Below, in pieces: positions 27,890-36,209 of a stretch of 64,000 nucleotides of DNA. Each line of letters begins with the position of its first letter. Position 1 is the stretch's first letter. The stretch comes from Gemmataceae bacterium (GTDB lineage: Bacteria; Planctomycetota; Planctomycetia; Gemmatales; Gemmataceae): positions 698 to 64,697 of the forward strand of contig DATNCY010000318.1 in NCBI GenBank assembly GCA_035553375.1, given 5' to 3'. The notes beneath the pieces were generated by a model. The model did no database searches. It was not told where the DNA came from and saw only the letters and a list, made by a program, of their open reading frames with translations. A program made the translations under genes and the position numbers.

Positions 27890-27934
27890 GCCGCTTGCGG
27901 CTTAGCGCTCGGTGAGCGCTAAGCCGCAAGCGGC
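27890..27934. repeat. Single-copy perfect palindrome (about 21-bp stem)
   Basis: GCCGCTTGCGGCTTAGCGCTC GGT GAGCGCTAAGCCGCAAGCGGC, 27 nt after the stop at 27863 and about 100 nt upstream of metK. Confidence 0.9.
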
Positions 27935-28036
27935 CATTCTCGCCAGTTGTAATTGCGTCCCTTGCCCTCCATCTCCTATAATCCGCCCAGTGGCCCCGGT
28001 GGCCGGCGTTACTCTCGATTGTAGAGGAACTATGAC

Positions 28037-29302
28037 GTGAGCACGAATAGACATTTGTTCACTAGCGAATCCGTTTCCATGGGCCATCCCGACAAGGTGG
28101 CCGACCAAATCAGCGATGCCATCCTCGATCATTGCCTGGCGGCCGATCCGCTCAGCCGGGTCGCCTGCGAAACGATGGTCACGACCGACCTAGCCATTGT
28201 CTCCGGCGAAATCACCACGTCGGCCAACCTGAGCCGATCCGTCGTCGATCGCCTGGTGCGCGACACCATCCGCGAGATTGGCTATGTCGATCCGGGCATC
28301 GGCTTCGCGGCGGATACCTGCCAGGTGATGTGTAATCTGCACAGCCAATCGCGCGACATCGCTTGCGGTGTGGACAGCGGCGGCGCAGGCGATCAAGGCA
28401 TGATGTTCGGCTTCGCTTGCAATGAGACGCATACCTTCATGCCGATGCCGATTTATCTGGCGCATCGTCTGGTTGAAAACCACGCCCGCCTGCGCCGCAG
28501 CGGCGAATTATCGTTCATTCGCCCGGATGCCAAGAGCCAGGTGACGGTCGAATACAACGAAGACGGCACATTCCATCGCCTTCATACCCTTGTCTTGTCC
28601 ACACAGCACGACGAGCGTGCCATCGTTCGCCGCGAGGGTCGCGAGCATTTCTCTGATGAGGCCCGCGAGGAAATCATCACGAAGTTGATTCTGCCGACGC
28701 TGCAAGCGGAGAATAAGAAACTCGTCAAGGACCGCAGTCAGATTGAACTGATTCCGCCGGGCGGCTCACCGCGCCGTCACGACGAGGAAGTGATCTATTG
28801 CCATATCAATCCGACGGGCATTTTCCTGGAAGGCGGGCCGCACGGCGATTGCGGTCTAACGGGACGTAAGATCATCGTCGATACTTACGGCGGTCGCGGC
28901 CGGCACGGCGGCGGCGCGTTCAGCGGCAAGGATCCGACCAAGGTGGATCGCTCCGCCGCCTACATGGGCCGCTACATCGCCAAAAACATCGTCGCCGCTG
29001 GATTGGCGGCGCAATGCGAAGTGCAGTTGTCCTACGCGATCGGCTACCCGGAACCACTCAACATCTGGGTGAGTACATTCGGCACGGCGGCGCGCGGTCT
29101 GCGCGATAGGGACATCGCCGAGTTGATCCGCACGCACTTCAAGCTGACGCCGCTGGGCATCATCGAGACGCTGAATCTGCGCCGGCCGATCTATCGCGAA
29201 ACGGCCCGCCACGGTCATTTCGGTCGAGAACTGGCACCGTTTAGCTGGGAGAAAACCGATGTGGCCGCCGCCCTGCGTCGTGCAGTCGAAAAAGCGGCGT
29301 GA
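28037..29302 (+). CDS. metK: S-adenosylmethionine synthetase
   Basis: [41 protein letters not shown] and [19 protein letters not shown] start with GAGGAA upstream. Confidence 0.95.
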   Translation: MSTNRHLFTSESVSMGHPDKVADQISDAILDHCLAADPLSRVACETMVTTDLAIVSGEITTSANLSRSVVDRLVRDTIREIGYVDPGIGFAADTCQVMCNLHSQSRDIACGVDSGGAGDQGMMFGFACNETHTFMPMPIYLAHRLVENHARLRRSGELSFIRPDAKSQVTVEYNEDGTFHRLHTLVLSTQHDERAIVRREGREHFSDEAREEIITKLILPTLQAENKKLVKDRSQIELIPPGGSPRRHDEEVIYCHINPTGIFLEGGPHGDCGLTGRKIIVDTYGGRGRHGGGAFSGKDPTKVDRSAAYMGRYIAKNIVAAGLAAQCEVQLSYAIGYPEPLNIWVSTFGTAARGLRDRDIAELIRTHFKLTPLGIIETLNLRRPIYRETARHGHFGRELAPFSWEKTDVAAALRRAVEKAA

Positions 29303-29305
29303 TTG

Positions 29306-29353
29306 CCAGCCCGCAGCGCCAGCAAGGGTTCCCTTGCTGGCGCTGCGGGCTGG
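29306..29353. repeat. REP-A palindrome copy 4
   Basis: 23-bp perfect arms CCAGCCCGCAGCGCCAGCAAGGG / CCCTTGCTGGCGCTGCGGGCTGG, 4 nt after the metK stop. Confidence 0.95.
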
Positions 29354-29359
29354 TGGAAT

Positions 29360-29917
29360 TCATATCTGCCACGACCATTCTTCATTTGTCTGCGGCTTGA
29401 GGAGACGAAATCCCTTCATCCGCCAGCCATGCTCCGGCTCGAAAGCGAAGAGCGCATCGCAGTCGGTGAAAAACTCTTGGCCGCCGTGCACCTTCACGCT
29501 GAACCGCACATGAACCTCGCGCTTCTCCCGCGATGGCTGGCCCTCGATGCCAATGTCCCACACATCCACGCGCTCGACGATCTTTTGCTCAAGATAAGTC
29601 TGCCCGGCCGTGCGTAACTCTTGCTTGGTCTTGCCGCCGTGCGAGCGAAATTGATCGGAAATATGGACGAACGCCGCATCGAGTTTGTGTGCATTCACGG
29701 CCGCTGTCATTTCGTTGACCTTGCGGACGATCTGTTCGCGGTCGGTTTCCACGGCGACATTGAGGATCGCGTAAATCCCAATGAGTCCCGCCATGACGAC
29801 AGCGGCGATCAAGCACCAGCGTTTACGCGTTTGCCACCAAACGAGAACCAACAACCCGGTTAGGGCCGCCAGAATGACATAAACATTTGTGCGACCTTCA
29901 AAAAGCCAGTCGGGCAC
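29360..29917 (-). CDS. Hypothetical membrane protein (two TM helices plus a soluble domain)
   Basis: The GTG start lies 15 nt after the stop of the upstream aminotransferase, with GGAG in between. Two N-terminal hydrophobic helices. No family recognised. Confidence 0.5.
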   Translation of the reverse strand: MPDWLFEGRTNVYVILAALTGLLVLVWWQTRKRWCLIAAVVMAGLIGIYAILNVAVETDREQIVRKVNEMTAAVNAHKLDAAFVHISDQFRSHGGKTKQELRTAGQTYLEQKIVERVDVWDIGIEGQPSREKREVHVRFSVKVHGGQEFFTDCDALFAFEPEHGWRMKGFRLLKPQTNEEWSWQI

Positions 29918-29932
29918 GGCAATACTCCGTGG

Positions 29933-31159
29933 TTAGGTGGTCGCGTCGATGCGCAGACAACGCGCGATCTGCCGCACCGCCTGACGCAGGCGATGCTCGT
30001 TCTCGACCAGAGCCAAACGCAAATAGCCCTCACCGGCATCGCCGAAGCCACGGCCTGGACTAACGGCCACCCCCGCCTCCTCGATCAACTTCATCGAGAA
30101 ATCGATCGAACCCATGCGCTCGCGCCATTCCCGCGGATAACGCGCCCACACGAACATCGTCGCCTTGGGTGATGTCACCTCCCAGCCGATGCGCCGTAGG
30201 CCATCGACCAGCACATCGCGGCGATGCTGATACTCCAGCGCCTGCCGATCGACCAACTCTTCACCGTGACGCAGGGCGACGATGCCGGCAATCTGGATGG
30301 GCTGGAATATGCCATAATCGTAATAGCCCTTGATGGTGGCCAGGGCGCGCACCATCTCGGCGTTGCCGGCGCAGAAGCCGAGCCGCCAACCGGCCATGTT
30401 GTAACCCTTGCTCATCGTGGTCGTCTCGACGCCGACTTCCTTGGCGCCCGGCACACTGAGAAAACTCGGCGCTCGATAGCCATCGAAGCAGACATCGCCA
30501 TAAGCGAAGTCATGGATTACCATGAAGCCGAAACGCCGTGCCAGCGCGACGACTTCGACGAAAAAGTCCCGCTCGACCACGGTTGTGCTGGGATTGTGTG
30601 GATAATTCAGAATAAGCACCTTGGGCCGAGGATAGAGGTGTTCGGCGACCGTGGCGACATTGGCGAGAAAGCGATCGGGATGGGTGCAATCGAGGCTGAT
30701 GACGTTGCCGGAGGCGAGAGCGACCGCATAAACGTGGATCGGAAAGGACGGCGCTGGTACAATAGCGGTATCGCCGGGACCGAGCAGGGCGAGGCACATG
30801 TGGCTGAACACTTCCTTGGACCCCAGCCCCGCCAGAACTTCGGTATCGGGGTCCAATTGCACTCCATGACGGCGGGCATAACGAAGGGCCACCTCACGGC
30901 GGAGGTTGTGTAAACCGTTACTCACCGAGTAGCGATGATTCCGTTCATCGTGAGCGGCTTCGCACAGTTTCTCGACCACTTGCGGATCGGGTACATCGCT
31001 CGGATTGCCCATGCCCAGGTCGATAATATCCACGCCCGCACGGCGTTTACGGTATTTGAGTTCATTGATTTTGCCGAATAGATATGGTGGCAGACGTTTG
31101 ACGCGATCGGCGACGTTGATCTGAAAAGGCGTCTGCGGCGTATTGGGTTCGTTTTGCAT
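29933..31159 (-). CDS. Class I/II PLP-dependent aminotransferase (AlaA/AspC-like)
   Basis: [28 protein letters not shown], and [15 protein letters not shown] (PLP lysine context). Start trimmed to ATG 31159. Confidence 0.85.
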   Translation of the reverse strand: MQNEPNTPQTPFQINVADRVKRLPPYLFGKINELKYRKRRAGVDIIDLGMGNPSDVPDPQVVEKLCEAAHDERNHRYSVSNGLHNLRREVALRYARRHGVQLDPDTEVLAGLGSKEVFSHMCLALLGPGDTAIVPAPSFPIHVYAVALASGNVISLDCTHPDRFLANVATVAEHLYPRPKVLILNYPHNPSTTVVERDFFVEVVALARRFGFMVIHDFAYGDVCFDGYRAPSFLSVPGAKEVGVETTTMSKGYNMAGWRLGFCAGNAEMVRALATIKGYYDYGIFQPIQIAGIVALRHGEELVDRQALEYQHRRDVLVDGLRRIGWEVTSPKATMFVWARYPREWRERMGSIDFSMKLIEEAGVAVSPGRGFGDAGEGYLRLALVENEHRLRQAVRQIARCLRIDATT

Positions 31160-31362
31160 GATGGGTACAGCCAGGGCAAGTTGACGGAACGGCCGCAAGG
31201 CCGCGACTCCTCTGAGTCTAGCACTCGTGCCCCTCGCTGTCAGCCCCGGCGAGAAAGTTGGCACGGAAAATGCTATCGAAATGGCTAAGCTTGAGCGATC
31301 GAAGGATCTGATCGTCGTTTATGCCCTGGAGGAAAGAAGAACGAATTGGTATCGCCGGGTGA

Positions 31363-31875
31363 ATGAAAATCGTCGCCCATCGATCCGTTTGCCGGACGAG
31401 GGAGGTTATCGTGGTTCGTTCTCCATCGGAGGTTAGTCCGCGAGAAGCCAGCCAAAATGTCGCTCCGGCGGCAGACTGGTGTTCGCGAACCCTGCACGCT
31501 TCCGGGGAAATTGTCCCCGCGATCGAGGATATTATCGCCTCGCTCGATGCGGTCGGGTTTTCGAGCAAGGAAGCCTTTGGCGTGCGCCTGGCGCTGGAGG
31601 AAGCGCTGGTCAACGCCATCAAGCATGGGCACAAGGGCGATCCGAGCAAGGAAGTCCATCTTCGCTATCATCTCACGACGGAATGTCTGGTCGCGGAAAT
31701 CGAGGATCAGGGACCGGGCTTCAAGCCGCAAGAGGTGCCCGATCCTTTCGCGCCGGAAAACCTGGAACGGCCGTGCGGCCGCGGTCTGCTGCTGATGCGC
31801 AACTACATGACGTGGGTACGGTTCAACAGCGTCGGCAATTGCGTGACCATGTGCCGTCTGCGCCGGGGAGCTTGA
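31363..31875 (+). CDS. RsbW/SpoIIAB-like anti-sigma regulatory kinase (HATPase_c)
   Basis: LALEEALVNAIKHG (N-box) and IEDQGPGF...GRGLLLMRNYM (G-boxes). Exact start uncertain. Confidence 0.65.
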   Translation: MKIVAHRSVCRTREVIVVRSPSEVSPREASQNVAPAADWCSRTLHASGEIVPAIEDIIASLDAVGFSSKEAFGVRLALEEALVNAIKHGHKGDPSKEVHLRYHLTTECLVAEIEDQGPGFKPQEVPDPFAPENLERPCGRGLLLMRNYMTWVRFNSVGNCVTMCRLRRGA

Positions 31876-31886
31876 ATCAGCCGCTT

Positions 31887-31937
31887 GCCAGCCCGCAGCG
31901 CCAGCAAGGGATTCCCTTGCTAGCGCTGCGGGCTGGC
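31887..31937. repeat. REP-A palindrome copy 5
   Basis: GCCAGCCCGCAGCGCCAGCAAGGG / CCCTTGCTAGCGCTGCGGGCTGGC (one mismatch), 12 nt after the stop at 31875. Confidence 0.95.
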
Positions 31938-32010
31938 TCTCACTCGCGGTTGACGCTGCCTCGGCTGTTGGCGTACACTACAACTCTTCTTTCAACGCGA
32001 GGGGTGAGCC

Positions 32011-32523
32011 ATGAGCCAAGGAAAAGGCGGCGACAGCGGTTCCGAAACACCTTATGCGACGGCACGCGGACGCGATTGGCCGAGCGTGCGCCAATTCAAT
32101 GTGTTCGTCGAAAATCGCGTGGGCAATCTGCTGTCCGTGGTGCGCCGTTTCGAGACAACAGACATCCGCATTGTCTCGCTCACCGTCAACGATTCCGCCG
32201 ACTGCGCCATCATCCGCTTGGTACTCAGCGATCCCGAACGCGCTCTGGAGATTTTTCAACTCGCCAATCTCCCCGTGACCGAAAGCGATCTGCTCGTCGT
32301 GCAATTGCCCGAAGGAGATCAACCGCTGCTCGACATCTGCAAGGCGCTGCTTGGCGCGGAGATCAGCATTCACTATGCGTATCCGCTGCTGATTGGGCCG
32401 CGTGGCCGTGCCGCCGTCGCGCTGCACGTCGAGGACCACGAAACGGCGGCCAGCATGTTGTCGCGCATGGGCTTCACGCTCTTCACGGAAAACGATTTGC
32501 AGACCGATGAAGGGATGTCGTGA
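32011..32523 (+). CDS. ACT-domain (amino-acid-binding) protein
   Basis: Two tandem ACT-like units (FNVFVENRVGNLLSVVRRF..., LVVQLPEGDQPLLDICKAL...). GAGGGG lies upstream of the ATG. Confidence 0.6.
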   Translation: MSQGKGGDSGSETPYATARGRDWPSVRQFNVFVENRVGNLLSVVRRFETTDIRIVSLTVNDSADCAIIRLVLSDPERALEIFQLANLPVTESDLLVVQLPEGDQPLLDICKALLGAEISIHYAYPLLIGPRGRAAVALHVEDHETAASMLSRMGFTLFTENDLQTDEGMS

Positions 32524-32535
32524 CAACACCCCGGC

Positions 32536-33381
32536 TCAGGCCGAGCGGCGGCGTGTGAGGACGGCAATCTCCAGCTTGATAAGCTGCTGGACCACGACGG
32601 CGGCACGCGGCCGTTCATCGGCTCGATGTGCCAGCAGACGCTCGATCAGGGCGACGAGCGAGGCGGGCAGGTTGGCAACGCTGCGGCGGATGTCGGCGGG
32701 CGGATCGCAACGATGACGGCGGAACGTCTGACGGAGCGAACCGGCCGGATAGGGCAAGCGCCCCGTGAGCATCTCGAAGAACATCACCCCCAAGCTAAAC
32801 AGATCGCTACTTAGATCCTCGGTCGGCAAGGGATCGCATTGTTCCGGCGCGAGATAGTTGGCCGTGCCCAGCACGTAGCCGGCACGCAAGAAGGCGGCGT
32901 TCTCACCGGGCCGATGGGCGAACCCCAGATCGATAAGAACGGCGGCGCCGTCGTCGATCAGGCGGACGTTATCGGGTTTGATGTCGCCGTGAAGGAAGCC
33001 GGCCGTGTGTAGCGCGGCGAGCGCCTCGGCGATTTGCCGAATGATCCACACCGCCTCGGACAGCGGCAAACGAAAGTCGCGCCGCAGCCGGCGGCGCAAC
33101 GCCTCGCCCGGCAGCAGGTCCATGACCAGGAAGTAGGGCGGGGCGGTGACATGAGCGTGGGTGACGCGGACAAGCTGCGGATGACGCACGCCAAGGCCGG
33201 CACGCGCTTCTCGTTGCAGCAATTTGATGCCGGTGTCGGGATCGTCCCAATCGTCGCGGAGCAGCTTAATCGCACAGGGAGCATCTGTATCCAGCGCGCG
33301 CGCGGAATAAACCGAGGTCATCGGTCCACCGCCGAGACGCTGCAACAGTTGATAGCCCGCAATACGTGGGATAGGGTGCAT
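32536..33381 (-). CDS. Ser/Thr protein kinase (catalytic domain only)
   Basis: LGGGPMTSVYSA, AIKLL, HGDIKPDNV, DLGFA and APEQ. Start trimmed to ATG 33381; the longer track ORF runs through a palindromic repeat. Confidence 0.8.
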   Translation of the reverse strand: MHPIPRIAGYQLLQRLGGGPMTSVYSARALDTDAPCAIKLLRDDWDDPDTGIKLLQREARAGLGVRHPQLVRVTHAHVTAPPYFLVMDLLPGEALRRRLRRDFRLPLSEAVWIIRQIAEALAALHTAGFLHGDIKPDNVRLIDDGAAVLIDLGFAHRPGENAAFLRAGYVLGTANYLAPEQCDPLPTEDLSSDLFSLGVMFFEMLTGRLPYPAGSLRQTFRRHRCDPPADIRRSVANLPASLVALIERLLAHRADERPRAAVVVQQLIKLEIAVLTRRRSA

Positions 33382-33432
33382 CGCGGGTATTATCGGTTTC
33401 TCATCACGAGGGAATGTAGCAAAAGCAGACTG

Positions 33433-33478
33433 GCCCGGAGCGCCAGCGACGGGATAACCCGTCGCTGGCGCTCCGGGC
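33433..33478. repeat. REP-A variant (GCGCCAGCGACGGG core)
   Basis: GCCCGGAGCGCCAGCGACGGG ATAA CCCGTCGCTGGCGCTCCGGGC, between the coaD stop (33482) and the kinase start (33381). Confidence 0.95.
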
Positions 33479-33481
33479 TGG

Positions 33482-33988
33482 TTATTGGGTCCGTTCGCGC
33501 ACGCGCGCCTCCAGTGCATCCTTAGCTTCCGGTGGCAAGAATTTATCGAGCCGGCCGCCGAACGTGGCAATCTGACGCAGCAGGGTGCTGCTGACGTGCG
33601 AATACGCCTCCTTGGCCATGAGAAATACCGTCTCGATCTCCGCATCGAGGTTCAGGTTCATCAGCGACATGGTGAACTCGTTCTCCATATCGCTCGTCGT
33701 GCGCAGACCGCGCAGCATGACGCGCGCGCCGACCTCGCGCACAAATGTCACGGCCAAGTTGGTGAACGGTTGCACCGACACATTGGGATACGGCTTGATG
33801 ACCGCGCGCACCAGTGCGACGCGCTCACGCTGATCGAAAAACGGTTGTTTATCGGGATTGATGCCGACGCCGACGATGAGGCGATCGAAAATCAAGCTGC
33901 CACGACTGATGATGTCCAGGTGGCCGCGATGGACGGGATCGAAAGTGCCCGTGTAGACCGCGATACGATGGCTGAGCGGTTGAGTCAT
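33482..33988 (-). CDS. coaD: Phosphopantetheine adenylyltransferase
   Basis: IAVYTGTFDPVHRGHLDII and full-length CoaD-like sequence. The start overlaps the stop of the upstream gene (ATGA). Confidence 0.9.
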   Translation of the reverse strand: MTQPLSHRIAVYTGTFDPVHRGHLDIISRGSLIFDRLIVGVGINPDKQPFFDQRERVALVRAVIKPYPNVSVQPFTNLAVTFVREVGARVMLRGLRTTSDMENEFTMSLMNLNLDAEIETVFLMAKEAYSHVSSTLLRQIATFGGRLDKFLPPEAKDALEARVRERTQ

Positions 33989-35115
33989 GAGGAGGCTCCG
34001 AGCAACGCGATAAGACGATCCAGTTCTTCGGTGGTATTGTAGGCATGCGGACTGATGCGCAGCCGTCCCGCTCGCTGGTTGATGACAATGCCCGCATCCC
34101 GGCAGCGACGCACCATCGCCCGCGTCTCGCCCCCCGGAACGATCAAGGAGACAATGCCGGACTTCTCGTTCGGTCGCCGACTGCTGTACACGGACACACC
34201 GATGCGTTCCGCCTGCTCACACAGATAATCGGTCAAATGCAGGACGCGCTCGGCGATGGCATTAATGCCGACGCCGAGTAGCAATTCCAGACTCGCACCC
34301 AGGGCAAGGATGCCGCCGACGTTGAGGCTGCCGCTTTCCCAGCGGCCGGCATGGGGTTTCAGACGCAGCTCGACGCGGTCGAAGTTCCGGCTATCGATCA
34401 CGCTGTTCCAGCCGACGCCGACGGGATGCAATTGCTCGACCAATTCCCGGCGAATCCACAGCAAGCCGGCTCCTTCCGGGCCAAGCAGCCATTTGTGTCC
34501 GTCGGCCGCGAGGAAGTCGATCGGCGTTCGCCGCACATCGAGCGGCAGCACGCCCAACCCCTGAATGGCATCGACGAAGAATAGAACGCTCTTCTCGCGG
34601 CACAGTCCGCCGACGGCATCCAGATCATTGCGAAAACCGCTGGCGTATTCGACAAAGCTAAGACTGACCAGGCGCGTTCGATTGTCGATGGACGCGCGCA
34701 GATCATCGAGAATAATGCGTCCGTCGCGGCTCGGCACACGCCGCAGTTCCACGCCCCGATGAGCGAGATTCATCCACGGATATAGATTGGCGGGATATTC
34801 GTCCTCCGCTGTCACCACGTTGTCACCGGCCTGCCAGGGCAACCCCTCGGCGACAATGCCGATGCCCTCGCTGGTGTTCTTGATGAAGGCCATATCGAGC
34901 GGATCAGCGTTGAGCAACTGCCCGGCATGGCGACGTATTTCCTCGATCTGGCGCACACGGGTTGCGTCGTACACATCGCCGTTCTCGGCGAGGTCGGCGG
35001 CCCAGGTGACAAGTGTTTGGCGGGCGCGCTCCGTCAGCGGGGCGACGGCGGCGTGATCGAAGTACGCCCAGCGCGTCGTCACGGGGCATTCACGGCGTAG
35101 ATCAGTCCAGTCCAT
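33985..35115 (-). CDS. Class V aminotransferase / cysteine desulfurase-like PLP enzyme
   Basis: YFDHAAVAPL, FLAADGHKWLLGPEGAGLL (PLP lysine context), and RISPHAYNT near the C-terminus. Start trimmed to ATG 35115; the track extension runs into a repeat. Confidence 0.8.
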   Translation of the reverse strand: MDWTDLRRECPVTTRWAYFDHAAVAPLTERARQTLVTWAADLAENGDVYDATRVRQIEEIRRHAGQLLNADPLDMAFIKNTSEGIGIVAEGLPWQAGDNVVTAEDEYPANLYPWMNLAHRGVELRRVPSRDGRIILDDLRASIDNRTRLVSLSFVEYASGFRNDLDAVGGLCREKSVLFFVDAIQGLGVLPLDVRRTPIDFLAADGHKWLLGPEGAGLLWIRRELVEQLHPVGVGWNSVIDSRNFDRVELRLKPHAGRWESGSLNVGGILALGASLELLLGVGINAIAERVLHLTDYLCEQAERIGVSVYSSRRPNEKSGIVSLIVPGGETRAMVRRCRDAGIVINQRAGRLRISPHAYNTTEELDRLIALLGASS

Positions 35116-35163
35116 GTGAGGGATTGTAAAGGGATTGGCTCGACTTGGCGAAGCCAATTTACT

Positions 35164-35252
35164 CCCCTCTCCCCCGTACTCGGGGGAGAGGGGTCGGGGG
35201 GAAGTCTCGCCCCTCACCCCCAACCCTCTCCCCCGAGTACAGGGGAGAGGGG
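35164..35252. repeat. GGGGAGAGGGG-type double palindrome
   Basis: CCCCTCTCCCCC GTACTC GGGGGAGAGGGG, then TCGGGGGG...CCCCTCACCCCC, then CCCTCTCCCCCGAGTACAGGGGAGAGGGG. Lies in the divergent region 35116-35339. Confidence 0.9.
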
Positions 35253-35339
35253 AATAGGATCGGATTGCCCTTGCCTAGCGAGCGTGAGGCTTCGACAATC
35301 AGCAGCGAGTGATCGATCTTTCTTTCAGGAGTTGCCGCC

Positions 35340-36140
35340 GTGTTTTTGATTGAACCGGATGAAACGCGTTATGATTTGCGCTGGCACTTGTTCGGAACGC
35401 CGGTGCGCGTTCATCCGATGTTTTGGCTCGTGAGTATCATCCTCGGTTATGACAGCACAATTCGCGCCGGAGTCGGTTATTTACTGGCCTGGGTGGGCTG
35501 TGTGTTCTTTTCCATCTTGCTCCATGAATTTGGCCATGTGTGGATGGGACAGATGTTCGGCTCCTCGGGCCATATCGTGCTGTACAGCTTCGGCGGATTG
35601 GCCATTGGCAGCAAACAACAAGACCGGCGCTGGCAACGCATTCTTGTCTCCTTGGCCGGCCCGTTGATTCAGCTCGTCTTTCTGGCTTTGCTCTGGTTCG
35701 GCAAGGATTTGCTGTTTCGCAGTGTCCCGCTGGGATGGAGAATCCCGACCTATCGAATCTGGTTGATGCTGATTGAAATCAACCTGCTGTGGCCCTTGCT
35801 CAATTTGCTCCCTATTTGGCCGCTTGATGGCGGACAAATCAGCCGCGAAGTGTGTCAGGGCGTCATGCCGGCGCAGGGTACCTCCTTCTCTCTGGGATTG
35901 TCGATGGTTGTGGCCGGATTTCTGGCCGTCCATGAATTCATGGCCTCGAAGGGCCGACCGCTCTTCCATCTGTCGATTCCGGAATCCAGCCCAATGTACC
36001 TTCGGCTTCTCAAGGGCATGTGTGAATCGGGCAGCATGTTCAACGCGCTCTTTTTCGCCCTGTTTTGCGTCAGCAGTTTCATGGCCTTGCAAGCGGAAAA
36101 CCAGCGTCGCCGTTCGTGGAGCGATGATGAGTGGGTTTGA
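35340..36140 (+). CDS. M50 family (site-2 protease-like) membrane metalloprotease
   Basis: HEFGH in a TM helix, NLLPIWPLDGG, polytopic. GTG start. Confidence 0.75.
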   Translation: MFLIEPDETRYDLRWHLFGTPVRVHPMFWLVSIILGYDSTIRAGVGYLLAWVGCVFFSILLHEFGHVWMGQMFGSSGHIVLYSFGGLAIGSKQQDRRWQRILVSLAGPLIQLVFLALLWFGKDLLFRSVPLGWRIPTYRIWLMLIEINLLWPLLNLLPIWPLDGGQISREVCQGVMPAQGTSFSLGLSMVVAGFLAVHEFMASKGRPLFHLSIPESSPMYLRLLKGMCESGSMFNALFFALFCVSSFMALQAENQRRRSWSDDEWV

Positions 36141-36150
36141 GGGCGTTTCG

Positions 36151-36205
36151 CCAACCCGCAGCGCCAGCAAGGGTTTTCATTTCCCTTGCTGGCGCTGCGG
36201 GCTGG
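36151..36205. repeat. REP-A palindrome copy 6
   Basis: CCAACCCGCAGCGCCAGCAAGGG / CCCTTGCTGGCGCTGCGGGCTGG (one mismatch), between convergent stops 36140 and 36210. Confidence 0.95.
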
Positions 36206-36209
36206 TAAA

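Noticed and set aside
27935-28036. SAM riboswitch in the metK leader.
   Set aside because: I could not find the conserved SAM-I, SAM-II or SAM-V core sequences or pseudoknot-forming segments by eye. A covariance-model scan is needed before any claim.
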